This document shows positions 8,685 to 17,012 of a stretch of 23,823 bases of DNA, one piece after another (position 1 is the first letter of the stretch; each line of letters begins with the position of its first letter). The stretch is from Oligoflexales bacterium (GTDB lineage: Bacteria; Bdellovibrionota_B; Oligoflexia; Oligoflexales; CAIYRB01): NCBI GenBank assembly GCA_041736175.1, contig JBGSUI010000013.1:1-23823 (forward strand), read 5' to 3'. Made by a program: the position numbers and the translations under genes. The notes beneath the pieces were generated by a model. The model made no database searches. It was not told the origin of the DNA and saw nothing but the letters and a program-made list of their open reading frames with translations.

Positions 8685-8834
8685 ATGGAAAATAAGCAGG
8701 AAATCGACACGATTCAACTGTATCTCTTGCGCCTTGCTAAAGCGATTGACGAAGGCAAAAAAAGCGATGAGTTGTTGGGGCTGCTTGCAGAAACGCTGGC
8801 CCTCACTCATCGGCTAAGGGGCAAAGTCATCTAG
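8685..8834 (+). CDS. Small 49-aa helical protein (not in the ORF track)
   Basis: MENKQEIDTIQLYLLRLAKAIDEGKKSDELLGLLAETLALTHRLRGKVI*; AAGGAGAG RBS upstream; fills the pyp-to-next-gene gap, ending 10 bp before the next ATG. Confidence 0.75.
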   Translation: MENKQEIDTIQLYLLRLAKAIDEGKKSDELLGLLAETLALTHRLRGKVI

Positions 8835-8844
8835 GGGGGGGTCT

Positions 8845-9417
8845 ATGGTTAAGGCATTAAAGAGCCTGCTGGCGAATATCGATCTCCTATCCGCACTCTA
8901 CCCGGAAAACCGGCATGTCTTGACGGTGCTTAAAACCTTGCTTGAGTTTGACCCCAAGCATCCGGCAGTGGGGGAGTTTGAAACTCTTTTTGCAAAGAGC
9001 TACCTTGAACCTCTTAAGGTACAAGCCTCTCTTCAAGGTATCTGGGGTCTTATGGCTCAGGATCCTACGGTAACTCAAGGAGACCCCGCGACGGATTCTC
9101 CAGGGTTTGAGATTTTTGCCGACGAAGTGGATTTTTGGATTTCTGACGGGCAGCACTCCTACCTCCTTAAGGATATCGACTCGCTCCATCCTTGTTTGGA
9201 ATTCACCACCTATCAGGGTCCCGATGGGAACTCTCAGCAGTTTTTTTATCTTGTATCGGGGACCTATCTTGCGGGTATGCCGATGACCGGCAAGAGCCGC
9301 AAGCCCGAAGATTATTTTAATGCGGTGATCAAAAATGCACAGAAAAAACTCCTAGCAGTTCCCTTAAACCTGCAATCCATCCGCCTCGGCAAGGAGGCAC
9401 TCGGTGTCGCTGCATAA
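8845..9417 (+). CDS. Hypothetical protein in the pyp-cheA operon
   Basis: 190-aa ORF with G-rich RBS; overlaps the cheA start by 14 bp. Confidence 0.8.
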   Translation: MVKALKSLLANIDLLSALYPENRHVLTVLKTLLEFDPKHPAVGEFETLFAKSYLEPLKVQASLQGIWGLMAQDPTVTQGDPATDSPGFEIFADEVDFWISDGQHSYLLKDIDSLHPCLEFTTYQGPDGNSQQFFYLVSGTYLAGMPMTGKSRKPEDYFNAVIKNAQKKLLAVPLNLQSIRLGKEALGVAA

Positions 9418-11551
9418 CGATATCAACCAGCTTGAAACCCAGTTTGGTTCTGATTCCCAGGCCATGCTAGAAACCTTTGTCGCTGAGGTCAAAGGTCTCC
9501 TCGATGACACAGATGACCTGCTTATGGACTCAGACGACCAGATCAAAAATCAAGAATTCAATCGCCTTATGAGAAACCTTCACACCCTTAAGGGAATCTC
9601 GGCCCAAAGCGGTCTCCATGGCTTGTCACGGTTGATCCATCAGGTCGAAGACAGCTTAGTACCTTTTAAAGGACAAGATCTGATCGATCTCTCAGGGGGG
9701 AGCCCGCTCTTTGTCACCTGGGTTGACCGGTTTCGACAGTTTATCGGCGCTGTAAACCCGAAAGCGTCTCCGGATCGGCTCGATGGGGTCTGGAATGAAA
9801 TTGAAAAGGCGAGTCAACTGCTGACAGAAGCCCTGAAAAATCCCGCATCCGCCGATCCTCTTAAACGGGGGGAGTCTCTTGCTAAAGGGGCGCTCCCAGG
9901 AGAAGAAAGCCAGGGCGAAGCTCAACGAAGTTTAGGGTATAACCTAGAAAAAAATCAATTTGATCATCTCTTGAAATTGCTGGAAGGCGTCCTTGCCAAA
10001 CTCTTTCGCCACGGCAGCGACCCTAAAACAAACGAAGTGATCAAAATGGTCCAGGAGTCGTTGTTTAGTCTGATCAATGCCCGAACTTCCCCTGGGCGGA
10101 GTCTCTCCAATAAAATAAAACGCCTCGCCAAAGATACGGCGACGGCCTTAGGTAAAGACGTTGAGTTCCAAGCTGTGGGTTTTGACACTCGTATCGATAA
10201 CAACCTCCTGCAAGGCCTCAGCGAATCCTTGGGACATATGATAAAAAATGGCATTGACCATGGAATTGAAGGTCCAGACGAGCGAAAACAAACAGGCAAA
10301 AATCTACGGGCCGCCCTGGTCTTAGAGTATCAAAAAAGGGGTGACCGAAGTCTTGTGACCTTGAAAGATGATGGAAAGGGAATCAATCCAGATCTTTTGA
10401 CCAAAAGAGCTCTCGAAAAAGGGTTGATCACCCTTGACCAGGCAAACCGAATGACGACCTATGAAAAACAAGAACTCATTTTTAAACCGGGCTTTTCCAC
10501 AAAAGCCGAGGCCACAGAAATCTCAGGCCGAGGGGTTGGGATGGATGCTGTGGTTCACCAGGTGCAACGCCTTGGGGGAAAGTTGACCTTCGACTCAAAA
10601 GTTGGCGTGGGAACTACGTTTTTTATGGAGTTTCCCGCTCCCTACCAGTTCGAGTCCATGACCCTTTTTCGCTATGGCCGCCAAACCTTCGCCATCCCTG
10701 CACGGCTGGTCAAGGGACTGATCCTCGATGCCGACCTGGTGACTCTGGAGTTCGGGACTGTGGGGCTCAAAGTGAGTGGGGATACCTATACTCTCATTTG
10801 TCTAAGGGACATAGACCCGACAGGTAACTTGGACCTTTTCCGTCCCCTTATCCTCCTCGAACTCTCCGGAGCACCCTGTGCCCTGATGGTCGATCAATAC
10901 TGTGGCACCTCGTCGGCTTTTGTGCTTCCCACCCTTAATGGGGAGGAATCTCTGCCAGTTTACCTGAGGGGAGCCTGCAGCGATCCCCAATGGGGAGTGA
11001 TTTTTTGTATCGATTGTGTCGAGCTGGAGAGAAATCTTAACATGTACATACCGGCTCCTGACGAAGAACCTAAACCAATATCGAAAAGTGAGGATCTAAA
11101 CATGCTAAAATTCGCACCCCTGGTCGGTCGAAAAACATCCCGTAAAGAGATCTTAGAGACCGTGGATGGGGCTCCTTTTCTGCAAAAAATGGCTATGTTA
11201 CTAGAACCTCTGCGTGGTGACCCCAGCTCATGTGAAACCGTCATCACCTTTGTTTCGGCGGAAGTCGATGAAGTTAAGGGGGCGATAAGCTCAGTGGACG
11301 ACGAGGATGAACTTCAATATCTACTCGCTATTTCTTATACCTACCTAAAGTCCAAATGGATTCTCTATAACACCAAGATGAACTATATGCTCGAAAAGGG
11401 CGTGGACCCTAAACCATTGGATATCTACCTAGCAAGCTCCCTCACCCACCTTCTTGATCTGATTGAGCCCCTTACTAATCCTGAGGCGGTCCGAGCGATC
11501 ACCATGACCTTGGGGCAAACCTTTCGTGAGCTGAGCACTAAGGCTGCGTAG
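9404..11551 (+). CDS. cheA: CheA-like histidine kinase (HPt - HATPase - CheW-like - C-terminal extension)
   Basis: HPt 'RNLHTLKG' (His60); N box 'HMIKNGIDHGIE'; G1 'DDGKGI'; F box 'IFKPGFST'; G2 'SGRGVGMDAV'; CheW-like 'FAIP...CALMVD...LRGA'; AAGGAGG RBS before GTG. Confidence 0.9.
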   Translation: MSLHNDINQLETQFGSDSQAMLETFVAEVKGLLDDTDDLLMDSDDQIKNQEFNRLMRNLHTLKGISAQSGLHGLSRLIHQVEDSLVPFKGQDLIDLSGGSPLFVTWVDRFRQFIGAVNPKASPDRLDGVWNEIEKASQLLTEALKNPASADPLKRGESLAKGALPGEESQGEAQRSLGYNLEKNQFDHLLKLLEGVLAKLFRHGSDPKTNEVIKMVQESLFSLINARTSPGRSLSNKIKRLAKDTATALGKDVEFQAVGFDTRIDNNLLQGLSESLGHMIKNGIDHGIEGPDERKQTGKNLRAALVLEYQKRGDRSLVTLKDDGKGINPDLLTKRALEKGLITLDQANRMTTYEKQELIFKPGFSTKAEATEISGRGVGMDAVVHQVQRLGGKLTFDSKVGVGTTFFMEFPAPYQFESMTLFRYGRQTFAIPARLVKGLILDADLVTLEFGTVGLKVSGDTYTLICLRDIDPTGNLDLFRPLILLELSGAPCALMVDQYCGTSSAFVLPTLNGEESLPVYLRGACSDPQWGVIFCIDCVELERNLNMYIPAPDEEPKPISKSEDLNMLKFAPLVGRKTSRKEILETVDGAPFLQKMAMLLEPLRGDPSSCETVITFVSAEVDEVKGAISSVDDEDELQYLLAISYTYLKSKWILYNTKMNYMLEKGVDPKPLDIYLASSLTHLLDLIEPLTNPEAVRAITMTLGQTFRELSTKAA

Positions 11552-11587
11552 CAGGCTATCGAGTGATCGGCAATTTCGTAAGATTTC

Positions 11588-11614
11588 GAGGAGCTTTAAG
11601 CTCCTCTTTTTTTT
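11588..11614 (+). terminator. Intrinsic terminator closing the pyp-cheA operon
   Basis: GAGGAGC-TTTAA-GCTCCTC hairpin followed by T8, 36 bp after the cheA stop. Confidence 0.9.
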
Positions 11615-11888
11615 GTGGAGTCGCTTCCTTCCTCCACGGGTGTTGCTCGAAGGTGACATGATTAGAATCAGTTGCACCCTATGGGGAGTCACAAAAAAAT
11701 CTGGATTATCGACAGGGTAGATCGCTTGCTTAAGATGGTCTGTTGGTCTTTTTGAGACTTTTTACCTTGGATCGCCCTTTGCAACTTTGAACCTAAGGCG
11801 CGGCCCATGGGAGGACAACTGCGCAAAAGACAAAAAAGGACCAGGGAGAGAAACCCTTTTTTTAGCACTCGGTTCTTGGAGGAGATTT

Positions 11889-12818
11889 ATGATGAATTTA
11901 CGGGACAGCAAAGATTTTCAGAATCAATCCGTTAGGATCATGCTCAGGTGGGGGCTTGTGGTAGCGATTGTCAGTTGGTTTCTACTGTATAGCTCCCTGG
12001 TCAACGGGGAGACAGTGGTGACCACTTATATCACCAAGGTGCAGGAGGAGCGCCAGGACACTCGTTGGACCCTGACCCAATGGTTGCTGATCAAGGAGCG
12101 GATGAAGCTGATGGATGTCTGGTTAGCCATGTTTTCAGAACCTAAAACAGCAAAGTTTAGACCAGAAATCAGTTTGGCCTACTACAAGAATCAAACAGTC
12201 CTAAGCCATCTCCCCTTGCAGTCCTATCAAGGAACGACCACCCGAGGCCAGCTCTGGTTGACCAATCTGGTGTCGTCGACGGTGGGGGTGCGGACCCTTA
12301 ATATTGATCTAGGAGGGGAGTTTCAGCGGGAAGAACACTTCTTAAAAGGCACTTTGGTGAGCAGCCTCGATCAAACAGGTATTCCCTCGATCACACCTTC
12401 TGGAAGCTCCAGGCTGCAAAGCTTTATGGGCAATTTAAGGCTGTTTGGTAAACATGTTCAGGACTCCTCTCTCATCCTCAAATACGGTGAGTTTCGCTAC
12501 CAGGGTTTTGACCCCACAGCACGCCAGGGTGTGGAATCGATTGTTGAGAAAGGCCCTCAATATGGGGGCGAACTAACCCTGTATATGAGCAACTGGCTGG
12601 GCGTCGAAGGCAACTACAGTGTCTTAGGTCAGGAACCCAGTCGATCGGTGATAGGATCCCTTGGTGGGGATTATGCCGAAGCCCTCCTTTTTATAGAGGT
12701 CTCCGTGCTGCGACTGGTGGGAGGTAGCTCGCTCCGTAGCTGGAGCCAACAAAAAGCTGATGGGGTTGAGACGACCAAACAGGCAGGGGTGTTAGGGGGA
12801 CTAAAGCTAAACCTTTAA
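11889..12818 (+). CDS. Hypothetical exported protein, probable outer-membrane beta-barrel
   Basis: GGAGGAG RBS favours ATG 11889 over TTG 11787; hydrophobic signal-like segment; alternating beta-strand pattern; C-terminal 'GGLKLNL'. Confidence 0.6.
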   Translation: MMNLRDSKDFQNQSVRIMLRWGLVVAIVSWFLLYSSLVNGETVVTTYITKVQEERQDTRWTLTQWLLIKERMKLMDVWLAMFSEPKTAKFRPEISLAYYKNQTVLSHLPLQSYQGTTTRGQLWLTNLVSSTVGVRTLNIDLGGEFQREEHFLKGTLVSSLDQTGIPSITPSGSSRLQSFMGNLRLFGKHVQDSSLILKYGEFRYQGFDPTARQGVESIVEKGPQYGGELTLYMSNWLGVEGNYSVLGQEPSRSVIGSLGGDYAEALLFIEVSVLRLVGGSSLRSWSQQKADGVETTKQAGVLGGLKLNL

Positions 12819-12874
12819 GGGGTAGGTCCTGCACACCCCGGGTTCCCGAGGGGCATGACCATCTCTCAAGCCAC

Positions 12875-13702
12875 CTAAGCTGCCACTTTGTCTTTTGCCT
12901 TGGCCTCCTCAGACAGTCCCGCTCGGAGAAATGGGATTTTAAACTGGGCTCCAAAAAGAAACGCAAAACCGATCAGGATAAAGGGGATCGACAGCATTTG
13001 CCCCATATTGAGGGAGAGTTGGTCCTCAAAAGCCACTTGGTTTTCCTTGTATTGTTCTACAAAAAGCCTAAACCCAAAACCCAGGATCAACACGAGTCCA
13101 AACAAGCTCCCTTCTTTGATCCGACCTTTAAGGGTTTTAAAAAGGGTCCATTGGATCAAACTGATCGAGAAATATCCTAGAGCTTCGTAGATCTGGGAGG
13201 GATGGCGGGGGATCATATCAACCTTTTTAAAGACGATTGCCCAGGGCACATCGGCAGCTCGACCGATAATCTCGGAGTTAAACAGGTTGCCGATACGAAT
13301 ACAGCCGGCCGCTAACATCGCTGGGATGGCGATCCGGTCGGTCAACCAAAAAAAGGAAATCTCCCGATATTTGCGGCAAAAAAGCAGGAGTCCTATGATC
13401 ACACCGGTAAAACCGCCGTGGCTGGCAAGACCTCCTTCCCAAATCTTTAAAATCCTGATGGGATCGGAGAGGTATTCTGCCGGTTCATAGAGGAGGCAGT
13501 GGCCGAGGCGCGCTCCGACGACCGTCCCGGTGACGATATGAAACAGTAGGGAGTCCAGCAGCTCCTGGGGCTTGTTTTCGTCGCGAAACATTTTAGCGAC
13601 AATAAAGTAACCAATGACGATACCCGAAGCAAAAAGGAGGCTGTACCACCTGAGTGCAAAGGAGCCTAAGCTCACAATCTCTCGATCCATATCCCAAACC
13701 AT
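12875..13702 (-). CDS. lgt: Prolipoprotein diacylglyceryl transferase
   Basis: 'LRWYSL', 'GARLGH', 'GGLASHGG', 'IRIGNLFNSEIIG', 'RHPSQIYEA', 'MGQMLSIP'. Confidence 0.97.
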   Translation of the reverse strand: MVWDMDREIVSLGSFALRWYSLLFASGIVIGYFIVAKMFRDENKPQELLDSLLFHIVTGTVVGARLGHCLLYEPAEYLSDPIRILKIWEGGLASHGGFTGVIIGLLLFCRKYREISFFWLTDRIAIPAMLAAGCIRIGNLFNSEIIGRAADVPWAIVFKKVDMIPRHPSQIYEALGYFSISLIQWTLFKTLKGRIKEGSLFGLVLILGFGFRLFVEQYKENQVAFEDQLSLNMGQMLSIPFILIGFAFLFGAQFKIPFLRAGLSEEAKAKDKVAA

Positions 13703-13774
13703 AGGCGCAATCCCTTCCCTTGATAAACTGGTCGTCAGTGATTCACACCTGGCATTATAGCGTGCCAGGTCTGA

Positions 13775-16201
13775 TCAGCCACCTTTTTTACGGTCCCCAT
13801 CCTGACCGGGGATTTGGTCGTCGCCGAGGAGAGATTCAGAAGCCTTACGGCTTTTTTTACGGGCGATCGGTTTTTGGCCTAGTTTTTTGCCCATATGTTT
13901 ATGGCGGATTGCGATCTCGTAAGGGACCGACTGGACTCCCCCTTCCCTGGCGATTTCGATAAACTTTAATTGGGAACGGACCGCAGGCTTATCGCCTTGG
14001 GGGGATCTGGGGTGATAGGTTCCATCAGACCGCAAGGACCGGGCTTTGGTGTTGTCGGCCCAAGAGAGGGGGAGGATCTCGCCGACGATCCGTTTTTTAA
14101 TATCCGGATGCTCGATGGGCCACATGATTTCGATACGGCGGTCCATATTGCGGGGCATCCAGTCCGAGCTCGCCAAAAAGACCTTTTGTTCGCCCCCAGC
14201 GAAAAAGTAAAAAATCCGAGAATGCTCTAGAAACCGGTCGACGATGGAGATCACTTCGATATGCTCGCTGAGACCTTTGATCCCCGGACGGAGGCAGCAG
14301 GTGCCCCTGACGATCAGCTGAATCCGCACCCCAAGCGAGGAGGCTTTGTAGAGTTGGTCCACCAGATCTTTGTCTACGAGGGCGTTCATCTTTGCCATGA
14401 TAAACCCTTGGCCGGTCTTAAGGTGGTGGTCCATCTCGTCTTGGATAAGGTGGATGATACGCTCCCTTAAGTTAAGGGGGGCCAGGGCAACTTTAGTCAA
14501 TTTGGTTTTGATCGTGTCGTCGCGGATCCGCACCGATCCAGTCAACACATCAAATCCAGTGATCAGATTGAAGATCATATTGAGGTCTGCACCGATGGCA
14601 GGATTTGCTGTAAAAAACCCCAAATCAGTATAGAGTTTTGCCGTGTTGGAATTGTAGTTACCAGTGGACAGGTGGGCATAGCGCACCAGTCGCTCCCCTT
14701 CGCGCCTCACCACCAGCACCGCCTTGCAGTGGGTCTTAAGTCCCACAAAACCAAAGACCACATTGACGCCAGCCCGTTCGAGGCGGCGGGCCCAGGAGAT
14801 ATTATTTTTTTCGTCAAAGCGAGCTTTGAGTTCGATCACAGCGGTGACCTGTTTGCCGTTTTCTGCTGCTGCGATCAAGGAATCGATAATCGGTGAGTCA
14901 CCAGCAGACCGGTAGAGGGTCTGCTTGATTGCCAGAACCTGGGGATCATGGGCTGCGGAATGGAGAAAATCTGTCACTGCATAAAAACTCTCGTAGGGAT
15001 GGTGGACGAGGAGGTCTTTACGGGCGATCACCGAAAAGATATCGTCGTTTCCTGCGAGCACGGGCGGGATTCTGGGATTGAAGGGAGGATCTTTGAGGTG
15101 ATCCAAGGGGATCCGGTATAGACCCATAAGTCCAGGGATATGGAGGGGCCGTGGCACTTCAAAGAGATCGGCTTCGGTCAATCCTAAACGATGCTTAATT
15201 TGCTGCCTGATACCTTGGGGCATCGTGTCTTCGATATCGATCCTCACGACCTCTTGGTGCTCCCGGTTAAGCATTTCTTTTTGGATGGACTTAAGTAGGT
15301 CGACCACTTTGTTTTCCAGGAGATTGTAGTCGAGGTTTCGGATCACCCGCACCAGGTAGGTATCAGCCTCTGTAAGGCCGAAAAAGAGCGACGAGAGATG
15401 GGCAGCGATCAGGTCTTCGAGGAGAATATAGTGGAGATGGGGTGATGACTCACTCTTAACCTCGATTAATCTCGGAAGGATCGACGGTATCTCCACAAAC
15501 CCAATCGGGATCTCTCCGTCGCCTTTGTTGAGAGGTTTGGGGACCACAAGGAGGTGCATGGACTGGTTGGAGAGAAAAGGAAACGGGTGTGCGGGATCCA
15601 CCCCAAGAGGTGTTAGAACAGGGCTGACCTCCGTTTCAAAGTATTTCTCTAGGTCCGCTGCCTGCTGCCCCGAAAGATCCACCATCTTGAGGATGCGGAT
15701 ACCGTACTGTTCGAGCTGTGGCAAAACCTGGTTTTTAAGACAAGCAAACTGATCGGCAACCAATTCTAGGGTTTTTTGTCGGATTTGCGACAAAATAGTG
15801 GAGGTGTCCGTATCGTCAGGGGAGTCGCTGTAGCGGAGGGCCTCTTGCTCCATTTTTTTAAGGCCAGCGACCCTGACCATAAAAAATTCGTCAAGATTTG
15901 AGCTAAAGATTGCGAGGAATTTAAGGCGCTCAAGGAGCGGATTGGACTCGTTATGAGCTTCGGCCAAGACCCGCCCATTAAATTCCAGCCAGCTGAGTTC
16001 TTTATTGAGGTAACGGGAAGATCTGACGGGCTGGTCCTTGGCTTGGCTTAGGTCTTGGTCTAAATCTTCATCGTGGGACTTTGGGGTCTGGCCACTGGAG
16101 TGCTGTGAGAGGGGATTCTCGGCCTTGGGGGTAGGCTCTGGCTGATGGGAGCTGGCAGAAAATGTGGGTGCCCCGAAATAGGGCGGCTGCTCGGTGTTCA
16201 A
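13775..16201 (-). CDS. ppk1: Polyphosphate kinase 1
   Basis: 'NKELSWLEFNGRVL', 'NLDEFFMVRVAGL', 'DPAHPFP', 'HHPYESF', 'KARFDEKNN', 'KTHCK', 'RFLEHSR', 'DWMPRN'; TTG start with AGGAGA RBS; low-complexity N-terminal ~60 aa. Confidence 0.97.
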   Translation of the reverse strand: MNTEQPPYFGAPTFSASSHQPEPTPKAENPLSQHSSGQTPKSHDEDLDQDLSQAKDQPVRSSRYLNKELSWLEFNGRVLAEAHNESNPLLERLKFLAIFSSNLDEFFMVRVAGLKKMEQEALRYSDSPDDTDTSTILSQIRQKTLELVADQFACLKNQVLPQLEQYGIRILKMVDLSGQQAADLEKYFETEVSPVLTPLGVDPAHPFPFLSNQSMHLLVVPKPLNKGDGEIPIGFVEIPSILPRLIEVKSESSPHLHYILLEDLIAAHLSSLFFGLTEADTYLVRVIRNLDYNLLENKVVDLLKSIQKEMLNREHQEVVRIDIEDTMPQGIRQQIKHRLGLTEADLFEVPRPLHIPGLMGLYRIPLDHLKDPPFNPRIPPVLAGNDDIFSVIARKDLLVHHPYESFYAVTDFLHSAAHDPQVLAIKQTLYRSAGDSPIIDSLIAAAENGKQVTAVIELKARFDEKNNISWARRLERAGVNVVFGFVGLKTHCKAVLVVRREGERLVRYAHLSTGNYNSNTAKLYTDLGFFTANPAIGADLNMIFNLITGFDVLTGSVRIRDDTIKTKLTKVALAPLNLRERIIHLIQDEMDHHLKTGQGFIMAKMNALVDKDLVDQLYKASSLGVRIQLIVRGTCCLRPGIKGLSEHIEVISIVDRFLEHSRIFYFFAGGEQKVFLASSDWMPRNMDRRIEIMWPIEHPDIKKRIVGEILPLSWADNTKARSLRSDGTYHPRSPQGDKPAVRSQLKFIEIAREGGVQSVPYEIAIRHKHMGKKLGQKPIARKKSRKASESLLGDDQIPGQDGDRKKGG

Positions 16202-16417
16202 GAAAATTCTCCTCGCCTTAGGTCAGATGCTCCCTGGGGTGGTGCCGATCGGTAGGGTCCCACCTCATAGAACGGGAGGTTATATCACAGACCTTGTATT
16301 TTGGCTCTTGCATCAATTGACCGTTTTGTTAAAACAAAAATTGAAAAGAAAATTGTAGGTCTAAACTGGCATGGGTGAGAACTGTCTAAGTTCTGGCTAG
16401 AAACTATTGGTGGTGGG

Positions 16418-16993
16418 ATGTTTGAACGAGAAAATACCAAGTCCGGTGGTCGTCATCTTCCTATCATATCATGGGAGCATGAGTTTGAAGAAGCTGTGGT
16501 CTTTTTGATTGGCACTTTAGGGAAAAGGCGCAGAATAGGTAAAAAACCCGTGGTTTTCCATAGCCTGCGTGTAGCCACCCGGCTGGTAGAAAACGGCTAC
16601 CCACGACCCGTGGTGATTGCAGGGATCCTTCACGATCTTATGGAAAAAACCAAGATCCCCAAAGCTCGCATCACCCGTAAGTTTGGTAGGGACGTCACCC
16701 TTCTTGTAGAAGCCGTCACCAACGACGCCCGGATCAAGGACCCCATCAAGCGCTACCAGGACAGTGTCGATCGGTGCCAGAGGATCGGGGGGGATGCCTT
16801 GGCCATTCGGATCGCCGATCTGAGTGATAATATCGACCGGATGCTGGCCCTTGGGGAAGTGGATCGTTACCATCGCCTAGAGATCAAACTCAGACTACTC
16901 CTTAAGAGCTGCCAGGAATGTCGTATTGCCAGTAAAGAGCTTGTCGGACTCAAATCCCGCCTTAAAAAAATAGTCGCGGTCCGTCGTTCCTAG
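16418..16993 (+). CDS. HD-domain protein related to RelA/SpoT hydrolase domains (small alarmone hydrolase/Mesh1-like)
   Basis: 'FHSLRVA', 'AGILHDLMEKT', 'FG.DV..LVEAVT', 'IRIADLSDN'. Confidence 0.8.
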   Translation: MFERENTKSGGRHLPIISWEHEFEEAVVFLIGTLGKRRRIGKKPVVFHSLRVATRLVENGYPRPVVIAGILHDLMEKTKIPKARITRKFGRDVTLLVEAVTNDARIKDPIKRYQDSVDRCQRIGGDALAIRIADLSDNIDRMLALGEVDRYHRLEIKLRLLLKSCQECRIASKELVGLKSRLKKIVAVRRS

Positions 16994-17012
16994 GAGATCT
17001 AAGGGAGTCTTT

